Below are positions 1 through 9,688 of a stretch of 64,000 nucleotides of DNA, piece by piece. Position numbers and translations under genes: made by a program. The stretch is taken from the NCBI GenBank assembly GCA_965232465.1, contig OZ246977.1, positions 580,649-644,648 on the forward strand, written 5' to 3'. The notes under the pieces are model-generated. The model was not told the origin of the DNA. It saw nothing but the letters and a program-made list of their open reading frames with translations, and did not search any database. The DNA comes from Alphaproteobacteria bacterium (GTDB lineage Bacteria > Pseudomonadota > Alphaproteobacteria > JAQWUY01). Every line of letters starts with the position of its first letter. Within the stretch, counting starts at the first letter, position 1.

Positions 1-372
1 GTATTTGATGGGTATATGGTGGGATATGTTATTGATGTATTTAATACCATCAGCCGTGCCATACCATTGACCAATATTAACGCATCGGTACCGGTAATGG
101 ATATGGATGGGGATAAGCATGGATTGATTTTAGGGGATGGACCAAAGTTGCCTAAATTTATATATGCGGATGCGATTACAGATTTTCAAAAACAGGATAT
201 TTTATATACTTCGGGCATTGGGGGAACATTTCCCCGTGGTTTGCCCATTGGATCTATACAAGCGATTTATAACCACAGCAATGTACGGGTATTGCCATTC
301 GTGTATAACAGGCATATGACATTTGTATATATTTTTCACCATAAACCAGAATTGATTTTACAGGCACAATAA
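1..372 (+). CDS. mreC: Rod shape-determining protein MreC, C-terminal part (5' end is outside the window)
   Basis: The frame is open from base 1. The C-terminal motif '...SGIGGTFPRGLPIG' is typical of MreC, and the gene lies directly upstream of mreD-mrdA-rodA. Confidence 0.65.
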   Translation, partial: VFDGYMVGYVIDVFNTISRAIPLTNINASVPVMDMDGDKHGLILGDGPKLPKFIYADAITDFQKQDILYTSGIGGTFPRGLPIGSIQAIYNHSNVRVLPFVYNRHMTFVYIFHHKPELILQAQ

Positions 373-846
373 ATGGGCGTACTTCCATATATTATTGTTA
401 TCTGTATTTGGTTTTTTAATATTACCGGAGTATTGTTTTTACAGTATGTGGATGCGATAGTGATCGCCCTAGTATTATGTGGCATTTATAAACCACATAG
501 TTTGGTGTTATCCGCTGTGTTTGTATTGGGGATACTGAGTGATGTGATATTTAATACAGTGTTTGGGATTCATTCAGCCGTATATTTGGCGGCATCTGTG
601 TTATGGATGAACCAATTTTACAAGCGGTATGCCACACATGAAATGGGATATTATCTTATTTTAGTGGGCTTTATGGTTGCGACACAATTGGTATTTGGCG
701 TTGAACGATATATATCTTTGTGGACATTTGGGGTGCTTTTTGAATATGTTATTAAGGGAATATATACCGCATCTTTGCTGGTGTTTATCGACATCTGGAT
801 ACCCCGCTTGACCCCACAGCAAGTAAGGCAAAGGGAGGCGGTATAA
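373..846 (+). CDS. mreD: Rod shape-determining protein MreD (small polytopic membrane protein)
   Basis: It is a 157-aa very hydrophobic protein. It starts 1 nt after the mreC stop and lies immediately before mrdA, the conserved mreBCD-mrdAB position. Confidence 0.6.
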   Translation: MGVLPYIIVICIWFFNITGVLFLQYVDAIVIALVLCGIYKPHSLVLSAVFVLGILSDVIFNTVFGIHSAVYLAASVLWMNQFYKRYATHEMGYYLILVGFMVATQLVFGVERYISLWTFGVLFEYVIKGIYTASLLVFIDIWIPRLTPQQVRQREAV

Positions 847-847
847 T

Positions 848-2695
848 ATGCGGTCATTAAAAGGCTTTAATCGTCGGGTTTTTTTGTATATGGGCGGGAT
901 TACTATGGCGTTTATAGTCGTACTTTGGCGTTTGTATATGTTACAATTATCCCAATCGCAAAGATACCGTACCCGGTCGGAAGATAACCGTTTGCGTCAG
1001 TGGGTTTTCCCCCCGCTAAGGGGTATTATTCGTGATGATAATAATAAAGTATTGGCCAGTGGACGACGGGTATTCCACTTGTATATTATGAAGGAAAAAC
1101 CTAATAACATGTTGGTAAGTTTACGCAAATTACAGGCACTTATTACTTTAACCGACGATCAGATAGAAGAGATTGTAAATTTAAAGAAGGACGATGACAA
1201 CAAAAAAAGCTATATTTCTGTTCGTAAAAATCTTAGCTGGGAAGAAGTATCACGCATATATGTGAATAAAACGCATATACAAGGCATTCATATTGCCCCA
1301 GGGGAACGGCGTGAGTACTTCTATAATGAATTGTATGCTCATATTATTGGATATGTGAAGAAAGTACCCATCAAAGATAACAAAAATGAAAGTGAATATC
1401 CATATTTGGGATCTGAAATTGGTGAATCTGGGTTGGAAAAAGGGTATGAATATTTATTAAAGGGTCAACAGGGTTGGAAAATAGAGGAAGTCGATGTCCA
1501 TGGTCGTACAGTCCGAGTGGTGGAAGAAAATACTAAATTGCCCACCAGGGGGGATTCAGTAGCGTTAACTATTAACACAAAATTACAAGGGTATATCGCC
1601 CAAATATTAAAAATACACAAAGCCGCATCAGCTGTTGTGATGAATATACACACAGGTGAAATTAAGGCTATGGTCAGTCATCCCAGTTTTGATCCCAATT
1701 TATATGTAAGGGGTATGAGTCCCAAAGAGAATCAAATAATGCAAGGTGATCCATATGGTTCGCAGGTAAACAGAACCATTGCCGGGTTGTATGCCCCCGC
1801 ATCGATTTTTAAGGTGCCGGTGGCTATGGCGGCCCTTAAAGCGGGGGTTGACCCGGCATTTCGTGTGCATTGTACCGGGTCCATAGAAATGTTTGACAAA
1901 CAGTGGTATTGTTGGAAAAAAAGGGGACATGGCAGGGTGGGGATTGTCAAATCGCTTAGTGAAAGTTGTGATATTTGGTATTATGAGGTGTCGCAAAAAG
2001 TTGGTGTCGATAATATTGCCCATATGGCACGAAAGTTGGGATTGGGGCAAAAATATGATTTTGGCTTGCCATTTGGAAAAGGTGGAGTGATTCCTGATAA
2101 AAAATGGAAAAAGGAAAAGCTTAGGGAACCTTGGTACAAGGGGGATACCGTTAACACTTCGATTGGACAAGGGGAGGTGAAGGTATCGCCATTACAACTA
2201 GCGGTGATGACCGCCCGTATTATGAATGGGGGATATGCGGTGGTGCCTAGATTAACCCATATCAGCGTATATGGCGAACCCTACCCAACCACATTTCCAT
2301 CTTTAAATTTAAACAAAAATCATATCAAAATCGTGCAAAAAGGGCTTTATGAAACGGTAAACAGTTCCCTTGGTACAGCACATAAATTAAAAGGGGGGTG
2401 GTGGAAAATGGGCGGAAAAACCGGCACAGGGCAAGTGCGTGACATCACCGCCGAAGAACGTGAACAGGGGGTTACCGAAAATGAAGATATGGAATGGAAA
2501 TATCGGGATAATGCGTTGTTTGTGGGATATGCTCCTGCGGAAAATCCGCAATTTGTGGTATCTGTGGTGGTGGAACATGGGGGATCCGGAGCCCGCATTG
2601 CCGCCCCCATTGCCCGGCAGATATTTGATTATATGGCGTTGTTGGATTTTTTGGGTAAAGACACGCCGAAATTTGTGGCAAAGGGGGCATCCTGA
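848..2695 (+). CDS. mrdA: Penicillin-binding protein 2 (peptidoglycan D,D-transpeptidase)
   Basis: It has an N-terminal membrane anchor, an SxxK motif (SIFK) and a KTG motif (GKTGTG). An AGGGAGG Shine-Dalgarno lies upstream. It is 615 aa and is followed by rodA with a 1-nt overlap. Confidence 0.9.
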   Translation: MRSLKGFNRRVFLYMGGITMAFIVVLWRLYMLQLSQSQRYRTRSEDNRLRQWVFPPLRGIIRDDNNKVLASGRRVFHLYIMKEKPNNMLVSLRKLQALITLTDDQIEEIVNLKKDDDNKKSYISVRKNLSWEEVSRIYVNKTHIQGIHIAPGERREYFYNELYAHIIGYVKKVPIKDNKNESEYPYLGSEIGESGLEKGYEYLLKGQQGWKIEEVDVHGRTVRVVEENTKLPTRGDSVALTINTKLQGYIAQILKIHKAASAVVMNIHTGEIKAMVSHPSFDPNLYVRGMSPKENQIMQGDPYGSQVNRTIAGLYAPASIFKVPVAMAALKAGVDPAFRVHCTGSIEMFDKQWYCWKKRGHGRVGIVKSLSESCDIWYYEVSQKVGVDNIAHMARKLGLGQKYDFGLPFGKGGVIPDKKWKKEKLREPWYKGDTVNTSIGQGEVKVSPLQLAVMTARIMNGGYAVVPRLTHISVYGEPYPTTFPSLNLNKNHIKIVQKGLYETVNSSLGTAHKLKGGWWKMGGKTGTGQVRDITAEEREQGVTENEDMEWKYRDNALFVGYAPAENPQFVVSVVVEHGGSGARIAAPIARQIFDYMALLDFLGKDTPKFVAKGAS

Positions 2696-3828
2696 TGTGG
2701 TTTTTGACCCTATTGGATAAATTAAAAGCCATCGATTGGCTATTATATTTTGCCATATTATTGTTGGCAAGTATCGGCACTGTGGCATTATACTCTGTTG
2801 CTGATGGGTCGATGAACCCATGGGCGAAACCGCATATTATTCGATTTATTGTGGCATCGGTGTTGATGATAATTGTGGCGGTGATACCACTTCGTTTTTG
2901 GTATAAAATGGTATGGTTGGCATATGTGGTGGCATTATTGTTATTGGTATATGTGGGAATCGCAGGGGAGATGGGTAAGGGTGCACAGCGGTGGATTGAT
3001 TTAAAAGTATTTAATCTGCAACCCTCCGAAGTTATGAAAATTGTTCTTATATTGGTGCTTGCCCGATTTTACAGCCGATTATCGGAACACCAAGTATCCT
3101 ACCCATTTTTTTTGGGCTTGGCAATTTTTATTATTTTTTTACCTACTATATTGGTGCTGCGACAGCCTGATTTGGGCACAGCAATTTTAATTTTTGGGGG
3201 GGGTGTCAGTATGATTGTGGTTGCGGGCGTATCGTATAAATGGATGCTTAGCGGATTGGTGCTAGTATCGGCGACGATTCCCGTGGCGTGGTTTTATGTG
3301 TTACGCCCATATCAGCAAAAACGCATTAGTGATTTTTGGCAAAATGAAGATGAATGGCAGATTAAACAAAGTAAAATAGCCATTGGATCCGGCGGATTTA
3401 AGGGGCGGGGATATACGGATGGGACACAAACCCAATATGGATTTTTGCCCGAACCCCATACAGATTTTATTTTTTCGGCAATTGCCGAAGAATTTGGTTT
3501 TATTGGGTCTGCGGTTATTTTATTATTGGTAATGTTTATTTTATTACGCATATTTTTAATAGGTTTTTCTGTCCGTGCATATTATAGCAAAATTTTATGT
3601 ATTGGCATCGGGGTAACTTTCTTTTTGTATGTGATTATTAATACGGGTATGGTTATGGGGTTGTTTCCTGTGGTGGGTGTGCCATTTCCATTGTTGTCAT
3701 ATGGGGGAACGGTGATGTTAACGACTATGATCGCCTTTGGGTTTGTACAAAATGCGTGGGTACATAAAATGGATATTCCCATTTTGTTAAGCCCAACCTT
3801 AAATCAAGTCAATAAAGAACACAGATAA
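2695..3828 (+). CDS. mrdB: Peptidoglycan glycosyltransferase RodA (FtsW/RodA/SpoVE family)
   Basis: It is a 377-aa polytopic membrane protein with FtsW/RodA hallmarks (…GSGGFKGRGYTDGTQTQYGFLPEPHTDFIFS…). It is translationally coupled to mrdA. Confidence 0.9.
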   Translation: MWFLTLLDKLKAIDWLLYFAILLLASIGTVALYSVADGSMNPWAKPHIIRFIVASVLMIIVAVIPLRFWYKMVWLAYVVALLLLVYVGIAGEMGKGAQRWIDLKVFNLQPSEVMKIVLILVLARFYSRLSEHQVSYPFFLGLAIFIIFLPTILVLRQPDLGTAILIFGGGVSMIVVAGVSYKWMLSGLVLVSATIPVAWFYVLRPYQQKRISDFWQNEDEWQIKQSKIAIGSGGFKGRGYTDGTQTQYGFLPEPHTDFIFSAIAEEFGFIGSAVILLLVMFILLRIFLIGFSVRAYYSKILCIGIGVTFFLYVIINTGMVMGLFPVVGVPFPLLSYGGTVMLTTMIAFGFVQNAWVHKMDIPILLSPTLNQVNKEHR

Positions 3829-4006
3829 AAATGTGGTATATTATACCTTGACAGCTCATATGCAATATAAATGTGGTATGTAGTATTTCCGCTTGTGTTT
3901 TTTTGAAATAGGGCGTATAAATCGCCTTGTGAATATACATCTTAATATTATAATACATATTTAATAACACTTATAATAACACTGGTTGGATGAAGGAGAA
4001 TATCAT

Positions 4007-5443
4007 ATGCATACCATCACCAAGTATTTAGGGTTTAAGTATTTTGCGTTTTTATTGGCAATACCCTCTGTATTAATCCCCTCTGTGGCATTAGCTGGCG
4101 AGGTCGTTGGCGATTTTACCACAACTATTTATGGATTTATTGCGGTGGCAATTTTTATTGTTGCATATACTTTTGTCATTATGGAGGAACGATTACACCT
4201 GAAAAAATCTGTGCCAGTCATTATTGCGGCGGGGTTAATTTGGTTTATTATTGCCGCCGCTTTGGCACAACAGGGGGATACGGATTCGGCGGCGAAAAAC
4301 TTGCGTCATGCGATTATTGAATTTACCGAATTATTCTTATTCTTGTTGGCGGCGATGACATTTATTAATTCGATGCAAGTGTTTGGCGTGTTTGAGGCCA
4401 TTCGGGCAAAAATTATCCGTATGGGATTATCGTTGCGGGGTATTTTTTGGACAACAGGGATGTTGGCATTCTTGTTATCCCCCGTTGCCGATAACTTGAC
4501 CACCGCATTGGTGATGGGTACGATTGTCATGGCGGTTGCCAAACACAACAAGGCATTTATTGCCATTGCCTGTATTAACATTGTGGTTGCGGCGAATGCA
4601 GGGGGGGCGTTTTCCCCATTTGGGGATATTACCACTTTGATGGTATGGCAGGCGGGTAAAGTACAGTTTATTGAATTTTTCGCCTTGATTATCCCCAGTG
4701 TTGTAAATTGGTTGGTGCCTGCATTGCTTATGAGCTTTGCCATTAAAAATGAAAAACCCGAAGGGTTTGTTGGGGATGCGACCGTTGCCCCCGGTGGTTT
4801 TACGGTGATTGGATTGTTTATATTTTCCATTTTTATGGCTGTATCCGCCCACAATATGTTTCATTTGCCCCCTGTACTGGGTATGATAACGGGATTGGGA
4901 TTGTTACAGCTGTATTCTTGGGCATATGACCGGGATTTACGCTTTACCCGTTTGTCCCATGTGGAAACAGATGGTGACGAACAACGCCACTTGGAACGGG
5001 CAAAACGGAAGTTTGATGTGTTTCACGAAGTGGAACGGGCGGAATGGGATACTCTGTTGTTCTTTTATGGTGTTGTAATGTGCGTTGGGGGTTTGGGTAC
5101 ATTGGGGTATATGGCGGTGCTGTCTGATGCCATGTATACGCAACTGGGTGTTTTTCCAACCAATATTTTGGTGGGTATATTGTCGGCGATTGTCGATAAC
5201 ATTCCCGTGATGTTTGCCGTATTAACCATGAACCCATCGATGAATGTAAACGAATGGTTGTTGGTGACTTTGACCGCTGGTGTGGGCGGAAGTTTATTAT
5301 CGATTGGTTCTGCCGCAGGCGTTGCCATGATGGGGCAAGCCCGTGGTATTTACACTTTTTTTGCCCACCTAAAATGGTCATGGGCGATTGCATTGGGATA
5401 TGGTCTGAGTATATGGGTACACACCATGGTAAATGGTATATAA
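4007..5443 (+). CDS. NhaD/ArsB-superfamily Na+/H+ antiporter-like permease
   Basis: It is a roughly 478-aa highly hydrophobic polytopic protein with NhaD-like composition. The start was chosen at the second ATG, 4007, because the GAAGGAG Shine-Dalgarno sits 9 nt upstream. Confidence 0.6.
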   Translation: MHTITKYLGFKYFAFLLAIPSVLIPSVALAGEVVGDFTTTIYGFIAVAIFIVAYTFVIMEERLHLKKSVPVIIAAGLIWFIIAAALAQQGDTDSAAKNLRHAIIEFTELFLFLLAAMTFINSMQVFGVFEAIRAKIIRMGLSLRGIFWTTGMLAFLLSPVADNLTTALVMGTIVMAVAKHNKAFIAIACINIVVAANAGGAFSPFGDITTLMVWQAGKVQFIEFFALIIPSVVNWLVPALLMSFAIKNEKPEGFVGDATVAPGGFTVIGLFIFSIFMAVSAHNMFHLPPVLGMITGLGLLQLYSWAYDRDLRFTRLSHVETDGDEQRHLERAKRKFDVFHEVERAEWDTLLFFYGVVMCVGGLGTLGYMAVLSDAMYTQLGVFPTNILVGILSAIVDNIPVMFAVLTMNPSMNVNEWLLVTLTAGVGGSLLSIGSAAGVAMMGQARGIYTFFAHLKWSWAIALGYGLSIWVHTMVNGI

Positions 5444-5466
5444 ATACTTAAAACCTTAATACAAAC

Positions 5467-5498
5467 AAAAAGCCCTGCTAACAAGCAGGGCTTTTTTT
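5467..5498. terminator. Rho-independent terminator, bidirectional between convergent genes
   Basis: The sequence is aaaaAGCCCTGCTaacaAGCAGGGCTttttttt, a perfect 9-bp stem flanked by an A-run and a T-run. Confidence 0.75.
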
Positions 5499-5519
5499 AG
5501 TAAGATTTTATAAAAAGAA

Positions 5520-6791
5520 TTATTGTTTTTCAGCGGCGTATCCACCTATCATCATACTGAATGGATCACCATTTTTTGACATTGTGACGGCACCTGCGGT
5601 TTCTTCGGCGTTGGGACCAAAGAAATTTCCTTCAAATTGTGCATCCCATTTTCCAGATTGCCCAGCACTCCCGCCGCCTTCAGTCAGGGTGCCTGTATAA
5701 ACACCAGTATTATCATACTTAATGGCATTGCCCCCCTGTAATTGCAATTTTGCACTGTTGCTGATAAAGGGTGTATCGTTTCCCGTACCGCTGATCGCCA
5801 TTGTGTTATATTTCATATTATTTACATCAAATTGTGTAATTTCTTGATTTGAAACATCAATTTTTATGTCCACATCCCCACGCATATAAACTTCCTGAGT
5901 GTTAATGCTCCCCATGGCGTGATACCCCCCTGTTTTTTTATAATTTGCCCCCACTTTGCTTAGGTTCGCAGTCGTTGTATAATCGCCTGTGATATTGGTA
6001 AACATAGCACTTCTTAACTTTGTATCAAGCATCGCAAAAATACCTAATCTGGCATGTTTGGCAAAAACATTTTTCTTGCTACTGATAACCATTATGATCG
6101 TATGTACCTTATCCCCATCTTTTAAATGTACACCATCCTTATGGAAATAATACTTAGCAGACGAATCGTGGAATACATCTTTTTTGCCATTTACCACATC
6201 TATCCAACTTGCCCCTTTTAAACTAGAACGATTACCTGTACTTAAACCTGCGGTGTTTAAAAGGTGCATATCAAAGGTATTTGCTAAAGCCCCAAACGCA
6301 TTTTTTACAGTAAGTGTTGGTATTTTTTGATTATCTGATACAGTCAGAGCCCCCCTTGTATATACATCGCTGGTATCAGCTTTTTTATAATCAGAATCCT
6401 TCATTCCTTTAATAAGCAAGGTACCGCCTTTTAAAACAGCTTCTCGTATTTCTTGGCAATCATTGGCACTTGTAACACACGATTCATAGTTTAAGGTAAT
6501 CCTGCCATCGCTATGAAATTGCATGGTGCTGTTACCCTGTATTTTTGCATTTGCAACATCTACTTTATAATTTGGATTATAACTAGGCGATATTGATTTT
6601 TGCGGCTTAGATAAAGTGGACTTATTGCCATTTTGTATCGCCCCCAATGACTCGTCAGAGAGCTGCAAATCACTGCGTTGTAATGTTGGGGATGTTGGGG
6701 CAGCCGTAGTCTTTTCAGCACTTCCACCGCCCCCGCCGCCACAAGCGGAAATATACACAGCAATAAGCGTTGTTAATAATATTTTTTGCAT
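5520..6791 (-). CDS. Surface lipoprotein candidate of the TbpB/fHbp type (lipobox, poly-Gly linker, C-terminal 8-strand barrel signature)
   Basis: The N-terminus MQKILLTTLIAVYISAC-GGGGGGS has a lipobox followed by a Gly linker. The C-terminus '…EGNFFGPNAEETAGAVTMSKNG…IGGYAAEKQ' follows the G-F(F/Y)G-x-x-A-E-E-x-AG … (F/I)G-x-x-A-x-K/R-Q pattern of the TbpB/fHbp/Lipoprotein_5 barrel. Confidence 0.6.
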   Translation of the reverse strand: MQKILLTTLIAVYISACGGGGGGSAEKTTAAPTSPTLQRSDLQLSDESLGAIQNGNKSTLSKPQKSISPSYNPNYKVDVANAKIQGNSTMQFHSDGRITLNYESCVTSANDCQEIREAVLKGGTLLIKGMKDSDYKKADTSDVYTRGALTVSDNQKIPTLTVKNAFGALANTFDMHLLNTAGLSTGNRSSLKGASWIDVVNGKKDVFHDSSAKYYFHKDGVHLKDGDKVHTIIMVISSKKNVFAKHARLGIFAMLDTKLRSAMFTNITGDYTTTANLSKVGANYKKTGGYHAMGSINTQEVYMRGDVDIKIDVSNQEITQFDVNNMKYNTMAISGTGNDTPFISNSAKLQLQGGNAIKYDNTGVYTGTLTEGGGSAGQSGKWDAQFEGNFFGPNAEETAGAVTMSKNGDPFSMMIGGYAAEKQ

Positions 6792-6989
6792 AACTTCAAT
6801 TCCTTTCCTTAACTTCTTAAATTTTATGCACCTTTGCCATGTATAACATACCTTGGAGTATTATGCAAATTGTTTTTTTATTTTTGATGGGATATCATAT
6901 TTAAAAACCTGTGCTTTACAGAGCGGGCGATTCGTATTATAGTACTGTAAAAGTATATGAAAATTTTTATCATAAAAGGAGATGTTTTT

Positions 6990-7961
6990 ATGAAAGTACA
7001 ATTAGTTAAAAAATTTGGCGATGCATCTGTATTTTGTTTCGAGGATATGCATATGCCCACCCCCCAACAAAATCAGCTGTTGGTAAAGGTGTATGCCACT
7101 TCTGTAAACCCGATTGATACCAAGATTCGGGCGGGTTTATTGGGGGGGGATTTGCCCCTGTTACTGCACAGCGATGTATCAGGTGAAATTGTTGCCCTAG
7201 GCGATGGTGTGGATTCGTTTGCGGTGGGGGATAACATATACGGATTTGCCGGTGCATGGGGCGGTGGCACCGGGTCGGCTGCGGAATATGCGTTGGTCGA
7301 TTATCGTTTGATTGCCCATGCCCCCAAAAATATATCTGTACAGGATTGTGCTGCGCTGCCATTGGTAGCTTTGACGGCGATACATGGGTTGCAACGGCTG
7401 CATGTAAAACCCCATGATGTGGTGTGTGTACAATCGGCAACCGGGGGGGTCGGATATATGGCAACCCAAATCGGGATTGCCAAAGGGGCAAAAGTGATCG
7501 GTATTACCAGTGATGATGCAAAATGCAAAATGATTACAGATACCGGTGCCATTGCCCTTAATCGTAACAGTCAGGATCAATATGTTTATGCCCAACAACA
7601 AGGCGGATTTGATAAGATATTTAATACAGTTGGCATGCAATCTTTGGACGATGCGTTTGAAATGGCAAGTACATATGGTACAATTGTCGGTATTGCCGGG
7701 CGGAGCGATCATAATTTGGGAATATTACATATGAAAAACCTGACTTTGTCCTTTGTATTCTTACGGGCGTATATTGCTACGCCTGAATACCGCCACAAGG
7801 TGGGGGATATGCTAACCAAACTTACCGAGTGGGTGGAGCAGGGCAAAGTAAAACCCGCCATTCACAATCAGCGATTTACCCTTGCCACCCTTGGGGATGC
7901 CCATGCGTGCTTAGAATCCGGTGTGCATAATGGTAAAAAAGTTGTTGTGGATATTTTATAA
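6990..7961 (+). CDS. NADPH:quinone oxidoreductase / Zn-dependent alcohol dehydrogenase family (MDR) protein
   Basis: The sequence 'MKVQLVKKFGDASVFCFEDMHMPTPQQNQLLVKVYATSVNPIDTKIRAG' is the classic quinone oxidoreductase N-terminus. The start was set at 6990 after an AAAGGAG Shine-Dalgarno. Confidence 0.8.
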   Translation: MKVQLVKKFGDASVFCFEDMHMPTPQQNQLLVKVYATSVNPIDTKIRAGLLGGDLPLLLHSDVSGEIVALGDGVDSFAVGDNIYGFAGAWGGGTGSAAEYALVDYRLIAHAPKNISVQDCAALPLVALTAIHGLQRLHVKPHDVVCVQSATGGVGYMATQIGIAKGAKVIGITSDDAKCKMITDTGAIALNRNSQDQYVYAQQQGGFDKIFNTVGMQSLDDAFEMASTYGTIVGIAGRSDHNLGILHMKNLTLSFVFLRAYIATPEYRHKVGDMLTKLTEWVEQGKVKPAIHNQRFTLATLGDAHACLESGVHNGKKVVVDIL

Positions 7962-7970
7962 GGTGCAACA

Positions 7971-8753
7971 ATGGATATTACCAACAGTCGTATTTTAATA
8001 ACAGGGGGTACAGGGGTACTTGGTAGTGCTTTGGTGCGGGCGTTATCCGCCCATACCCCCCATATAACTATTGTGGGGCGTAATCAACAGGTATTGACCG
8101 AGATGCAGTCCCAATATGATATAACCTCACTCATTGCGGATTTATCATTGGTACAAGATCGTAAAATCGTATGTACCCATATTGCCAAAAATCCCGTTGA
8201 TATGGTGATTCATTGTGCCGGTATTTTGACCATAGAACCCTTTGAAAATACCGATTTTGATGCCATACAACAGACCATTGATATAAACTTGACTGCGGCG
8301 GTGCAAATCAGCCAACAGGCAATAAAAACCGCCCTTGTTCGTAATCGCAAGGTGAAAATTGTACCCATTGCATCGGTGGGGGCGGATATGGCGATGCCAT
8401 TTTTTGGGTCATATGGGGCGACGAAATTTGGCGTAAAGGGGCTGTGCCAAGGGTTGACACGGGAATATGATAAAACCGCTGTGTCCATATTGTTGGTTGC
8501 CCCCCGTACCATTAAAAGTGATACCATGGATGTAAACATTAAACATATTCTTAACGCCATGATGGCAGGGGCGGATACCCCAGAATATATTGCCAAACGG
8601 ATTATAAAAGCCATAAAATCGGATAAACGCCGTTTGTATTTTGGGCGTATGGAACGCATCGGTATTATCGTAAACGGGGTTATGCCGATTATAACAGACA
8701 TGTTATTTAAGGTATGGACGCCGATTATAAAACGCCATATTACACCCAAGTAG
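7971..8753 (+). CDS. Short-chain dehydrogenase/reductase (SDR) family oxidoreductase
   Basis: It has the Rossmann motif ILITGGTGVLGSAL near the N-terminus and is 260 aa. Confidence 0.7.
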   Translation: MDITNSRILITGGTGVLGSALVRALSAHTPHITIVGRNQQVLTEMQSQYDITSLIADLSLVQDRKIVCTHIAKNPVDMVIHCAGILTIEPFENTDFDAIQQTIDINLTAAVQISQQAIKTALVRNRKVKIVPIASVGADMAMPFFGSYGATKFGVKGLCQGLTREYDKTAVSILLVAPRTIKSDTMDVNIKHILNAMMAGADTPEYIAKRIIKAIKSDKRRLYFGRMERIGIIVNGVMPIITDMLFKVWTPIIKRHITPK

Positions 8754-8823
8754 CTATCCTGAAAAATTCAAAAAAGTATATCCATGGGTAAAAATGTGAT
8801 ATTGTGTGCTGGCTATAAGGTTT

Positions 8824-9672
8824 TTATTGCATTGTTTCATATACTTTTGCCAGTCTGCAAAATTGTTCGATGTGTAATTCTTCCGCCCGTTTTGTGGGGG
8901 CAATGTGGCATATATTTAGCAATGCCCGTGTATCCACCCCCAATGATTTTAAGGATGATCGCAACATCTTTCTGCGTTGTCCAAAGGCGGACTTTGTGAT
9001 ATTTTCCAAACAGTGTACATTACAATCATATAAGGGGTGTTTCCGGGGGATAAGGGTTACCACGGCACTGTCCACCTTAGGGGGGGGGGTAAACACTGTT
9101 GGGGGCAGGGTCATTTTCAGTTGCGTACGACACGCCCAATTACATAAAACAGCCAATCTGCCATAGTGTTTATGTCCTTGTACAGCGGTTATGCGTTCGG
9201 CAACTTGTTTTTGAAACATCAGGGTCATTTTGGAAAAATGCTGGCGGTGATATATCCATGATAGCAACAGCTGTGTCCCCACATTATATGGCAGATTTGC
9301 AATAATTTGACGCGGGGGTGTGCCCATATGCCAAATGTCTGTTGTGGTTGCATCGCCTTGTAGTATCTGCAAAGCATTTTGGCTGGCATCGACCAAAGGC
9401 GACAGGGCATGTATTGCCCGTGTATCCATATCAATGGCAATTACATCCGTTGCTCCCGCCATTAAAATAGCACGGGTCAGCCCCCCCGGACCAGGTCCTA
9501 TTTCGATGATTGTACCCTTTGTTACATCCCCTGCATGGTGGACAATCTTATGGGTGATATTCATATCGTATAAAAAGTTCTGCCCTAATTTTTTTTGTGG
9601 ACTCAGGTCATAATCGTATGCGGTTTGTTGCAGACTGGGCAAGGTGTGTATATTTTTTATAATATCTGTCAT
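8824..9672 (-). CDS. rsmA: 16S rRNA (adenine1518/1519-N6)-dimethyltransferase RsmA/KsgA
   Basis: The sequence 'KKLGQNFLYDMNITHKIV…IIEIGPGPGGLTRAIL' carries the KsgA SAM-binding motifs. The start was placed at the internal Met (MTDIIKN), giving 282 aa. The longer ORF would overlap the end of lptD. Confidence 0.85.
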   Translation of the reverse strand: MTDIIKNIHTLPSLQQTAYDYDLSPQKKLGQNFLYDMNITHKIVHHAGDVTKGTIIEIGPGPGGLTRAILMAGATDVIAIDMDTRAIHALSPLVDASQNALQILQGDATTTDIWHMGTPPRQIIANLPYNVGTQLLLSWIYHRQHFSKMTLMFQKQVAERITAVQGHKHYGRLAVLCNWACRTQLKMTLPPTVFTPPPKVDSAVVTLIPRKHPLYDCNVHCLENITKSAFGQRRKMLRSSLKSLGVDTRALLNICHIAPTKRAEELHIEQFCRLAKVYETMQ

Positions 9673-9688
9673 ATAAAAACCAGTGGTG

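Noticed and set aside
3829-3985. Duplicated 'aaatgtggtat' motif and a TTGACA hexamer upstream of the antiporter gene
   Set aside because: I could not assemble a -35/-10 pair with proper spacing. It might be an operator or promoter, but the evidence is too weak to call.
8784-9613. Several 60-100-aa plus-strand ORFs within rsmA and ORFs on both strands within lptD, lptF and lptG
   Set aside because: They overlap well-supported genes and lack starts or Shine-Dalgarno motifs, so they are six-frame noise.
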